Virus genome (UHGV): UHGV-1350217
Reading direction: 5' to 3' (one strand)
Source of the DNA: a virus
DNA: 64,000 bases
The notes beneath the pieces are model-generated. The model was given only the letters and a program-made list of their open reading frames with translations. It did no database searches and was not told the DNA's origin. Positions within the stretch are counted from its first letter, which is position 1; the number at the start of each line of letters is the position of its first letter. The position numbers and the translations under genes were made by a program. This document shows, in pieces, positions 46,762 to 56,800 of this stretch.

Positions 46762-49700
46762 ATGGGATTCTTTAAAAAGAAAAAGACCTATGATGAATAT
46801 ATTCATCAATTAATGTATGGACCTACTGAATGGTATACCAAAAGAGATTATGGTAAATCAGGTAAGAAGTTCTATGCAGGTACTATACAAGCTAATAGAA
46901 AGCTGATATATGATAAATCAGCTAAGATGTCTAATTATGATGCTATTAAAGATTTAATTACTACTTATAATACATATCACGAAATGCCTTTTGTTAGAAA
47001 GAAACTTCAAGGATGGAATAAGACTTTAGTTACTAAAAAGACAGAATTACAATTAGATAAATTACTAGCTACTATACCTGATTTTAAAAGCCTGATAAGC
47101 TATGAGCAAGGAACTGAATATAAGCTCTTTCCTGAGTATATGCTAAAGCAGATATTCCCTAGCTATGATTATGATACTAGTACTTTTACCTTTAATAATG
47201 ACTTATATACATATAAATATGATGCTGATATAAATACTGCTGCTATAATTGCAGATAGTTATATAAAACCATCTAATACTAAAGAGTTTACTTCTACAGT
47301 AAAATGCTATGTAGATAATGCTATTACTAGAGATAAAGTAATTACACTAGCTATAGACCCTAGTATAACTACTAATGTCAAAGAAATTAAAGTAAGTTAT
47401 TATATCTATGACCCAGATAAGAAATTAAAAGAGACTATATTAACTGATTGTCCTATAGATGGTAAAGTATCTATTTCACTAGATAAAACCTTAGTAGAGG
47501 ATACTATTATATCTATAGAGGTTACTGAAGTAATTACTGACCCTATAACTCATCAAGAAACTAAGAATATCTATACAGATACTTCACTTCCTATAGTATT
47601 TAGATATCCTATTCCATCTAGACGTAATTATTCAGACTTTAACTTCTATTTTAATCCAAGTAGTAAATTAGATGAAGTAGTAAAAAAAGCTGTATATGAT
47701 AACTTCAAAGCTACTTTTCATATAGACCCTTATGATAATACTAATAATGTCATAGAGGAGGAAAGAACTAGTATAGAAATACAACCTAATGACCCTAAGT
47801 ATGAAACTAGACCTAATGAAGTAAAAGTAGAAATAGTATCTAAGTTTACTTGGAAAGACCATACTAAAACAGTAACTCAAACTACTAAAGTATGGAATCC
47901 TGTAAAGAAAAAATATGAGGATAAGACTATATCTTATCAAGAGAATATCATTGAAGTTTTAATTACTGATATGTGGGTAGATAAAAGACTATTTCTACTA
48001 GACTCTATAACTGATAAATTAGAATGGTACTTTATAGCTTATTACAACACTTCTGGTAAACGTTCTATTTATACCCTTAGGGATATATCCTCTGTCAATG
48101 CAAATGGCTCTAAACCTACTGTATTGACTGCTGCTGTTAGAGTATTAGCAAATGGTGGATTAGCTGGAGGTAAAAGAGGAGATATAAATCTACAAAAGAC
48201 TAAACGTAAAAATAAGAACTATCGTAGAATACCTAAAAAGTATAAGCCATTATTATATGAAGCTCTTAGAGATAATAAAGATAGTGATATAAAAGATGCT
48301 TGGATAACTTCTTGTATAAACTTTCAACCTTATTTGAAAGCTTCTACTAGAGTAGATAAGTATTATATTAAGTATCTACAGACTATGTTTAAGTTCTTTG
48401 ATAAAGAGTTTAGTTGCTTTAACAAGTCTTTTAAGAATAACTCAGGACAAGTATATTACTTATCAGGAAACTATGCAGATAGGTGGGAAGTTAGTCCTTG
48501 TGCTTATAGACTTAGAGGAGTAAAGAAAATTATATCTAGGAATACTCTACCATCTAGATTATGCTTTTTAGGAGAGGAGTTAGATAATCCTAATCACCTA
48601 TGCCTTTATTGTTTTGTTCCTAATTATATAGAGGATGATGGAACTAGTCAAACTAGAAAGTTTAATACTATTACTCAATATATTCTAGATTTAACTTACT
48701 GGTATGGAAATTATAATTTCAATGATGGCAAATCTACAGATTGGACTATTAGAATAGCTAAGTATTCTAAGATACCTAAAATCATATGGGGTAGTTCAGG
48801 ATATAAGAGACATTTTAGGAGACATAGTGATGACGATGATGATGACTATTCAGTAACCCCTAGTATAAATCTAGGAGAATATAAAGAATCTCCTAAGACA
48901 CCTCTTAGTGGCAATGCTACATATAATCAAGCTATTACTATTCCTGCTGGAAATAATTATAAAAGAGAAGTTTTAGAATATATGTGGGATAAGAATAATA
49001 GCTTTGTAACAGGACATTATACAGGTTCTTATGCTTATGATAGTGGAGGCAATAGAGATAAAACTTTTCATATGCCTTATCCTATATTAGCTAGCTCAGT
49101 AAATAACTTCGAGTCTTATATAAATAATCAAACTGCTAGATGTACTGAAATGTTTGGTAACAATTCTTTAACTTTCAAATGGCTATCTAGTGGAGTAGAG
49201 CTATCAGAAGCTGATAAAGCTAATATTATTGCATTTACTAAAACTAGAGTTGGTATTAAAGATAGAAAAGGAAATACTATTATCCCTATGAGTGATGTAA
49301 ACATCAGATATAGAGAAAAAGTCATTAGAAAGACTAGATATATAGACATAACTAGTGATACTACTGGAGTAATGAATTATGGAGATAAAAAAGAAGGTCT
49401 AATAGCAAATACTTTACCTAAAAACTATACTGAGTCTACATATTGGGTTAGTTATTTTAATAATACTAATATATTTGAACTCTATAATGGACAACCTGCT
49501 TTACTAGAATATATGGGGTCTAATGGACACAACCAAAAGACTATATTCTTTACTAGTCATAATTTTGGAGGAAATGTAGAAACTAGATTTAGTTATATAG
49601 AGATAATTAAGATAGATTATGTCTATAAGTATAGAGTAAACGGAGTAGTTATTGAAGGTAGTGATGAGAAATGGCTTAACTATAACTCTTGGGAGTTTAA

Positions 49701-50448
49701 AGGTATAGTAGAACCTAGTTTTACTCCTCCTATGCCTTGGAGAATGTGGGTTAGAGTTCCATTATATATTCAAGAAGCAGTACTAACTAGTATATTATTC
49801 TTAGGATTTAGAATAGAGTTTCAAGTTAAAAAAGCTACTACTTTATTTAAAGTCATAGGTATAGTAGTTACTGTAGTAGGTATAGTCTTAATAGTAGTTG
49901 GAGCATTAACTTCTTGGTCAGGTTTTGGTATACCTCTAATGACTTGGGGTAAAGTAGTATTAGGTATAGGTCTCTCAATGCTTGGAGCAGCTTATGGTAA
50001 AGCTTTTCTATCATATCTAGGTATGGCTTTCTCATTATGGGGAGGCTATGGTATGATACAAGCAACAGCAGCAGCTAATATAGCAGCTGGAGCTAGTGCA
50101 GGATTTGAAACAGCTAAGAGTGCTTTATCTATGGCTTCATTAGTATATTCTACAGCTAATAATGCTTATAAACTAGCTACTCAAAATAAAGCTCAAGCTA
50201 AGCTAGAAAGACAACAGAAAGAGCAAGAGGAAAAAGATAGATTAAAGAATGACAGAGAGTTTCAAGAAAGTTTAGATGAAGTAAATCTAGCAGACTATGA
50301 CATACCTAAGAGTATTGACGAACAGCTAGATTTATATTACTTCATAGCTTATGGTGGTCTAATGTATGACTATAATACGGTAGAGCAAATAGCATATCAC
50401 TCAGCTGAACAGCCTATAATGAGTGAGACATTTGACAGATTTAAATAA
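46762..50448 (+). CDS. large internal virion / ejection protein (1228 aa) with a C-terminal multi-TM glycine-zipper region
   Basis: Poly-Asp run RRHSDDDDDDYS. C-terminal hydrophobic Gly/Ala-rich helices VIGIVVTVVGIVLIVVGALTSWSGFGIPLMTWGKVVLGIGLSMLGAAYG. Confidence 0.45.
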   Translation: MGFFKKKKTYDEYIHQLMYGPTEWYTKRDYGKSGKKFYAGTIQANRKLIYDKSAKMSNYDAIKDLITTYNTYHEMPFVRKKLQGWNKTLVTKKTELQLDKLLATIPDFKSLISYEQGTEYKLFPEYMLKQIFPSYDYDTSTFTFNNDLYTYKYDADINTAAIIADSYIKPSNTKEFTSTVKCYVDNAITRDKVITLAIDPSITTNVKEIKVSYYIYDPDKKLKETILTDCPIDGKVSISLDKTLVEDTIISIEVTEVITDPITHQETKNIYTDTSLPIVFRYPIPSRRNYSDFNFYFNPSSKLDEVVKKAVYDNFKATFHIDPYDNTNNVIEEERTSIEIQPNDPKYETRPNEVKVEIVSKFTWKDHTKTVTQTTKVWNPVKKKYEDKTISYQENIIEVLITDMWVDKRLFLLDSITDKLEWYFIAYYNTSGKRSIYTLRDISSVNANGSKPTVLTAAVRVLANGGLAGGKRGDINLQKTKRKNKNYRRIPKKYKPLLYEALRDNKDSDIKDAWITSCINFQPYLKASTRVDKYYIKYLQTMFKFFDKEFSCFNKSFKNNSGQVYYLSGNYADRWEVSPCAYRLRGVKKIISRNTLPSRLCFLGEELDNPNHLCLYCFVPNYIEDDGTSQTRKFNTITQYILDLTYWYGNYNFNDGKSTDWTIRIAKYSKIPKIIWGSSGYKRHFRRHSDDDDDDYSVTPSINLGEYKESPKTPLSGNATYNQAITIPAGNNYKREVLEYMWDKNNSFVTGHYTGSYAYDSGGNRDKTFHMPYPILASSVNNFESYINNQTARCTEMFGNNSLTFKWLSSGVELSEADKANIIAFTKTRVGIKDRKGNTIIPMSDVNIRYREKVIRKTRYIDITSDTTGVMNYGDKKEGLIANTLPKNYTESTYWVSYFNNTNIFELYNGQPALLEYMGSNGHNQKTIFFTSHNFGGNVETRFSYIEIIKIDYVYKYRVNGVVIEGSDEKWLNYNSWEFKGIVEPSFTPPMPWRMWVRVPLYIQEAVLTSILFLGFRIEFQVKKATTLFKVIGIVVTVVGIVLIVVGALTSWSGFGIPLMTWGKVVLGIGLSMLGAAYGKAFLSYLGMAFSLWGGYGMIQATAAANIAAGASAGFETAKSALSMASLVYSTANNAYKLATQNKAQAKLERQQKEQEEKDRLKNDREFQESLDEVNLADYDIPKSIDEQLDLYYFIAYGGLMYDYNTVEQIAYHSAEQPIMSETFDRFK

Positions 50449-50459
50449 GGAGAATACTT

Positions 50460-50951
50460 ATGTTTTGGGATAGCTTTTTAAGTGGATTACAATCAGTTGG
50501 TAATTCATTATTTGGTGCAGGAACTTTCGGTAATGCAGCTAATCAAGTAGGAACTACAGCAGCTAATCAAGTTAATAATCAAGCTCTGCAAGGTTTATTA
50601 AACTTAGGTTCTACAGCAGCAGGAACTGCTAATAATGCTGGTCTAGCTGCTAGTCTAGCACAAGCTGCTCAAGCTGGTAATCAAGTAGCTACTAATGGAA
50701 CTAATGTAGCTCAAGGATTAACACAGCAAGCTACACAACCTAGTGGGGGAGGATTAATGAATAAAGTCTTAGCTCCTACTATGGATATGTATACAGCTTG
50801 GAATGCTTATAAGCAAAATATGAAACAAGCTAAGTATGGTCTAGCTGAAAGACAGAGAGAAGATACCTTCAAATGGCAAGAAAGAGATAGGTCAGCTAGA
50901 AATAGAGCTAATACTACAGCTAATTACTTTACCAATGGACAAGTAATCTAA
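50460..50951 (+). CDS. low-complexity G/A/N/Q-rich virion protein
   Basis: Composition only. Confidence 0.4.
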   Translation: MFWDSFLSGLQSVGNSLFGAGTFGNAANQVGTTAANQVNNQALQGLLNLGSTAAGTANNAGLAASLAQAAQAGNQVATNGTNVAQGLTQQATQPSGGGLMNKVLAPTMDMYTAWNAYKQNMKQAKYGLAERQREDTFKWQERDRSARNRANTTANYFTNGQVI

Positions 50952-50961
50952 GGAGTCTAAT

Positions 50962-53811
50962 ATGGCAGATTTAAATATAGGAGGAACTAGTGCTTTTCTA
51001 GGGCCTGCTGTTAATACTCAAATAAATCAGACTGATGTCAAAGGAACAGATTTTACTAGGACTATGCTACAGGCATTACAAGGTGCAGCTATAGCAGATG
51101 AAAATACTAGAAAGAATGACTTAGCTTCTGCTGAATTATTAGCAGCTAACACTGAAGCTAGTGAAAAAGCATATCAGTATGGACAAAATCTAGCAGCAGA
51201 CCAATTAGTGAAAGCTATAGGATTAGAGAATGCTGCATTGAATCCTTTTATTGGAACATATGCTAGAGCTAAACTAGATGATACTACTAAAAAGTTTCAA
51301 GAGGTTAGAAATACTAATAGAGATTTCAATGAAATAGCTGATTATGCTAAAACATATGGACATACTCCAGCTATAGATGCTATTCTTATTAATCGAGAAA
51401 ATGCTAAAAGAGGTCTAGCAGAAAGAGATATAGAATTAGCTAGACTAAGAGGTGATTCTAATGGTAATCCTACAACAGCTACTAGTACTAGTCTTACAGT
51501 CAAAGGAGGTTTACCTGATAATTTAAGAGTTCCTTCTTATATTAATTCAACTGATGGTAGTATTGACTTTAATAAAATTAATTCAATAATGTCAGGTAAT
51601 AACTCAGCTAATCGGCAAATGAATAGTGCCCTAGCTCCTACAGGTAATGATACTGCTACACAGAATGCTTCAGCTAGCCCTAGACTTAATGGTATTAGTG
51701 CAGCAGGTAGAGCAGCTGATGGATTAAGTAGAATACAAACTACTACTTCTACAGGTAAGTGTGCTACTTCAGTAAGAGAGAATCTAGAAAGAGCTGGATA
51801 TAGACTTCCTACGGGTAAAGATAGAACTAGTGCTTATATGTATGCTGATAATGGTCTATTAGAGGATATGGGATTTCAACGTATAGATAATGCTTATTCA
51901 CAGAATCCTCTTAAAGGAGATATAGTAGTTTTTGGTAAAACTGATAAACATCCTGATGGACATATAGCTATGTTTGATGGTAATAACTGGGTTAGTGATT
52001 TTAGACAACGAAGCATTAATCCATATATAGATAAAAAGTCAGCAGGACAGATGTCATATTTCAGAGACCCTAGAGCAATAGATGATAATCCTGATTTTGC
52101 TAAGTTTCAACAACAAGCTATGAATCCTATCAATCAATTTAAACAAGCTCTAGGATTAAATCCAGAGCCTACAGCAAGTGAGAGGGCTACAGATAGTACT
52201 AACATACCTTCTTACTCTCAGAATGGTTTAGACGCTAAGGAAATGGCTTCTAAAGCACTATCTACAAATCAGTCTAAAGCTGTTAGTTTTAATAATTCTT
52301 TAGGAGTAGATACAGAAAAGAATCCTGAAACTGGTTTACCTATGAATGATGTAGCTGGTAATCAACTAAGTAATGCTATTCAACAGACTAGTAAACTTAA
52401 AGGACAGAGTCTTTTTATTTCTGAGGATGATAAATCTCAAGATAATAAAATTATGGTAAATCTAGGAGATAAGATAGGTGTGTTTGATAATACTCCTGAT
52501 GGACTAAATCAAGCTGAGCAAATGAAAGCTAATGTAGGTATAGGTAGACCATCTATGATAGAAGCTATTACTACTAAAGCTCAAATGTCCTATGGTAAAG
52601 AACCTATGCAGACTTATGAGGATTATGTTAATAAAAATATAGATAATAATCCTGCATTATATGGAAGCAATATACACGTATCTAAAGCTATTACAGATAA
52701 AGGTAATCTAGATAGTATAGCTAGTATAACTGGCTTACCTATAGTTCAATATGATGATAATGGAAACCCTATCGAAGATACTATAGCTTATCCTCCTAAT
52801 ATGTCTAATAGACTAGCTAATATAGGACATACTGATACAGCTAGTGTAGAAAGAGCTCAGAAAGCTGCAGATGACTTAAAAGAGTTCTATCAACAATCAG
52901 GACAAGACTATACTATAGGAAAAAATCATCCAAATATTAGAATAAACAATGATGGTAGCTTAAAAGAAGGAAATCCTAATAATATGACTAAAGAGGAAAG
53001 AAAATATAATAAGATGGTTCAAACTGAGGATTTTCTAACTGACCCTGCTATATCTGGTGCTAATAAGATAATTCAAACTACTAAAGATATGCCGATTATA
53101 AAAGATAAAGGGGATAATACTGAGAAATATACCTCTTTAGTTCAAAAGGACTTAGCTGAAGGCAATAATGAAAAGATAATTCTAGCTGGTATTACTCTGC
53201 ATACTCTAGGTATAGAGGATGCTGATGGTATGAATGCTGATGCTATGGATATGCTATATAGAGTAATGACTGAAGATAAAACACCTACTGAAGCTCTAGC
53301 TTCTGGTAAGCTAGGTATTTTTAAAGATGCTAAAGCTCAAGAGTTAGTTAAGCTATTACCTAAAGCTTATAAAGAAATAGCAGCTTATGCAGCTGATAGT
53401 AGTGGTTTTCTATTTAGTAAAAAAGGCTCTAGAAGTGAAGGTATGATACCTATATTCTTAGACGATAAAGGTAATTTTAGAGTTAATAGATTTAAGATGG
53501 ATACACCCGAGAATAGAAAGTTTGCTGAGGATAATGGAGTACCTGTAGCTAATTCATCTAAGCATTTGGCTTTAGTTCCTAATCAACTAGGTTATAAATT
53601 AGAGAGTTTTCTTAGAGGAATATCTGACAAATATGCTAAAGAAGCTTTTGCTAAATCTACTCATCAAAGAAAATATATTTCAGACGAAACAAGAGATAGA
53701 ATGAAACAAGATGATGCTCAATTCTTACTAGATAATAATGGAGATACTTACGATTGGTTAGCTACAACAGGAATGAGTAAAGGGGAATACTTAGAGAATA
53801 TGCAACGCTAG
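50962..53811 (+). CDS. internal virion protein with a CHAP peptidoglycan-hydrolase domain (949 aa)
   Basis: GKCATSVRENLERAGY...GDIVVFG...GHIAMFDGNNW carries the conserved Cys and His of CHAP/NlpC-P60 domains, at about 51750-52010. Confidence 0.5.
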   Translation: MADLNIGGTSAFLGPAVNTQINQTDVKGTDFTRTMLQALQGAAIADENTRKNDLASAELLAANTEASEKAYQYGQNLAADQLVKAIGLENAALNPFIGTYARAKLDDTTKKFQEVRNTNRDFNEIADYAKTYGHTPAIDAILINRENAKRGLAERDIELARLRGDSNGNPTTATSTSLTVKGGLPDNLRVPSYINSTDGSIDFNKINSIMSGNNSANRQMNSALAPTGNDTATQNASASPRLNGISAAGRAADGLSRIQTTTSTGKCATSVRENLERAGYRLPTGKDRTSAYMYADNGLLEDMGFQRIDNAYSQNPLKGDIVVFGKTDKHPDGHIAMFDGNNWVSDFRQRSINPYIDKKSAGQMSYFRDPRAIDDNPDFAKFQQQAMNPINQFKQALGLNPEPTASERATDSTNIPSYSQNGLDAKEMASKALSTNQSKAVSFNNSLGVDTEKNPETGLPMNDVAGNQLSNAIQQTSKLKGQSLFISEDDKSQDNKIMVNLGDKIGVFDNTPDGLNQAEQMKANVGIGRPSMIEAITTKAQMSYGKEPMQTYEDYVNKNIDNNPALYGSNIHVSKAITDKGNLDSIASITGLPIVQYDDNGNPIEDTIAYPPNMSNRLANIGHTDTASVERAQKAADDLKEFYQQSGQDYTIGKNHPNIRINNDGSLKEGNPNNMTKEERKYNKMVQTEDFLTDPAISGANKIIQTTKDMPIIKDKGDNTEKYTSLVQKDLAEGNNEKIILAGITLHTLGIEDADGMNADAMDMLYRVMTEDKTPTEALASGKLGIFKDAKAQELVKLLPKAYKEIAAYAADSSGFLFSKKGSRSEGMIPIFLDDKGNFRVNRFKMDTPENRKFAEDNGVPVANSSKHLALVPNQLGYKLESFLRGISDKYAKEAFAKSTHQRKYISDETRDRMKQDDAQFLLDNNGDTYDWLATTGMSKGEYLENMQR

Positions 53812-53848
53812 TTGTGTATTAAATATATTCTTATTCTTTCACTATAAT

Positions 53849-53882
53849 ACTGCTAAACTTAAACTAATTTAAGGATAGCAGT
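53849..53882 (+). promoter_or_regulatory. hairpin that encloses the SD of the giant RNAP gene
   Basis: ACTGCTA pairs with TAGCAGT (7 bp) and CTTAAA with TTTAAG (6 bp) around a CTAA loop. The second arm ends 1 nt before the ATG. Confidence 0.35.
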
Positions 53883-56800
53883 ATGTATAATGAAAATGAT
53901 GAAAATCAACAAGAATATAATAAGCCTACTTCTAAAGATAAATCTAGCAGTATCTCTTTGATGAATACTCTCTCTGATGCTTTTAAGCAAAATGGAGGGG
54001 TACCTCAAGAGCTAGAGAACTCTACAGTTAGAAACTTCTTTAATACTAATTATGCTCCTATATTCAAGCCAGCTAATCAAGTTAAAGCTGAAAGAGCTAC
54101 AGAAGTTGTTAAAGATATATTACAACGTCAAGGATTTCCTTCTACTCCAGAGGATGATGCAGCAGCTAGAATAGCAGCAGATACCACATATGCTCCTCAA
54201 TATCAACAACTAGAACTTAATGAGCAAAGATTAGATTTAATTTCTCAAAAGAATAAGCAAGATTTAGACAATGCAGAGCATATGAATAAACTAAAGCTAC
54301 TAGATGCTCTAAGTCCTCAAGCATTAGCTGATATAGGTTATGGAAGTAAAGGTAGCTACTCTATGTCTCCAGAGGAAAGAGCAGCATATGTTAGAAAAAT
54401 GACAGCTGACCCTTATAAACAAGCTATGCAACTAGCTGAAATAAAAGCTACAGATGATAGACTTAAAGCAGCTAGAGGTCTAACTATTATCAATGACTTA
54501 AATGATAGGTTTAAAATAGAACAACAAAGGGAAGCTCTCAACAGAGATAAAGAGAATCTTACTACTGATTTAGCTTCATTAGCTTCATATAATAACTATA
54601 TGAAAGAGATTAATCCTGCTTTCACTTCTACTACCTTTGAGACAGGTAATCCTCTAGAAAAAAATCCTGATTATTCTATTACTGCTAATATTGCAGACCA
54701 ATGGGGAGAGTTCTATAGAGATACTTTAGGTGTAGGACAACTAGCTAGTGAAGGTGCTAGTGATTTAGCTAAGCTAGCTGTTAGAAAAGCTAAGAACTGG
54801 AATAAATCTGTATCTGATATAGCTACAGAAGTTTTACAAGAGGATTATGAGCTAAATAAACAGAGACAAGCAGGTAAATCTACAGGTCATCCTATAGATG
54901 ATTTTCTAGCTGGAGCTATTAGAGGTTCAGGTAAAGCAGCTAAAGACAGAAATGCAGTTAATAGATTTACTATTGATTTAATGAAAGCTGATTATGATGC
55001 TTCTGATGGAGCATTATCTACTGTTAAAAATATAGGAGGAGATTTACTAGGAGCTTCAGGACAATTTATAGCTGGTTCAACTCCTGAAGTACTTAGTGCT
55101 TTGGTTCCTGGAGGACTAGTAAATAAAGCTACAGAGAAAGCTGCTGCTAAATATGGTGAAAAAGTAGCTATGGAAGCAGCTGGTAAAGATTTAATTAATG
55201 CTACTAGAGCTACTACAGAAGCTCTTGATAAACTTAAATCTACAGCTCCTAAAGCTATGACTGACAAAGTAATTGCTGAAGTTCCTAAGAGAAATGAACT
55301 CTTTAAAGCTATGCAAGATAAGTTTAATCAAGACTTTAGAGCTATTAAAAAGTCTACAGATTTAACTAGAAAAGAGAAACTAGAGAAACTTCAAGCTTTA
55401 AGACGTCAAAGAAATGTAGAACTTACAAGTACAGAGAATAATAATCTAATCAAAGCCTATGCTAAAGCTACAGATGCTGAGAAAGCAAGAATGCTATCAG
55501 CTTATAAAGAGTCTTTAAAAGAGAATGGCTTTAAAGAAGCTAATGCAGCAGCATTTAGAAGTGAATATGCAGCTAATAAAGCTTTACATACTAATGCTAT
55601 ATCTAAAGTAGAGGAAGCTAATAAAAAACTAGCTGATACTATGGAGAAATATCATATAGACCCTACTACTAGAACTATCTCTGATAAAGGTAAAGAACTA
55701 TTAGGTAAAGAGTTTGCAGCAGAGTTTCAAGCTAATAGTAAAAGATATAGTCCATTAGCTAATGCCTTTAGAACTCTTACCCCTACTGCTGCAGTAGTCG
55801 CTGAAAGAAATGCTAGACAAGCTATGGCTAATAGATTAGGTATAGATGAAAGAGACTTAGTTCAAGTAGTAGATAGTGGAGACTTTATCTCTAATATGCC
55901 ACTAGCATATGTCTATTCAGCTCTAAATACACTAGAGGCTACTAACCTACTAGAAGGAGCTTTTAAAGGAGCAGGACTTAAAGATATATTTAGTACTACT
56001 AAGAAGTTCCTTACAGGTGTAGACGACACTACTATAGCTGCTACTAAGCAAGCTACTAAAGAAGCAGCTTCTAGGACTATGAAAGAAAGAGCATCTGAAC
56101 TAGCTACTAGACTCAAAGATAAGCCATTAAAAGAAGTTAGAGATATAACTACTAAAATGTTTGGTCTAGCTTCTAAGACTTTAAAAAGTACTGCTAAAGT
56201 AGCAGGTAAAAGAGGTCTATATGGTTTTGCTAATGAAGGAACTGCTGAGTTCTTACAAGAGTATTCAGAGCAATTACAGCAAAATGGCTTTAATCTACAA
56301 GAGATATTAAATCCTCAAACACTAGAACAAGCTAAAGAAGCAGGATTAATAGGAGGTCTAACTGGAGGAACTACAGGTACTCTAAGTACTGGAAGTCATC
56401 TAGTTAGAAATGTCTATGATAAAGGTATTAAACCTCTAGCTACTTCTCTTAAAGATAAATGGCTAGAGCATAAAGAAGCTAAAGCAGATGAAAAGACTGA
56501 AGCTACTAGAACTACAACTAACTATGAAGCTTCACATAACAATGATGGTTCTGTTATAGCTAATACTACTAGTCCAGCTAAAGTAATTGAGGATAGTCTA
56601 AATACTAATCTAAATAATAATACTATTAAGAAAATAGCTTCAGAAGCTCAAATAAGACAAGCTAAGAAAAACCAAGATTTCTTTGATAATGATAAACCTA
56701 AGACTAAAGCAGATATAGATAGACATACTGATGACTTAATGCAAGAGTATAAATATGCTCCAGAGAAAAGACCAGAAGTAAGAGATGCTGTAGTAAATAC

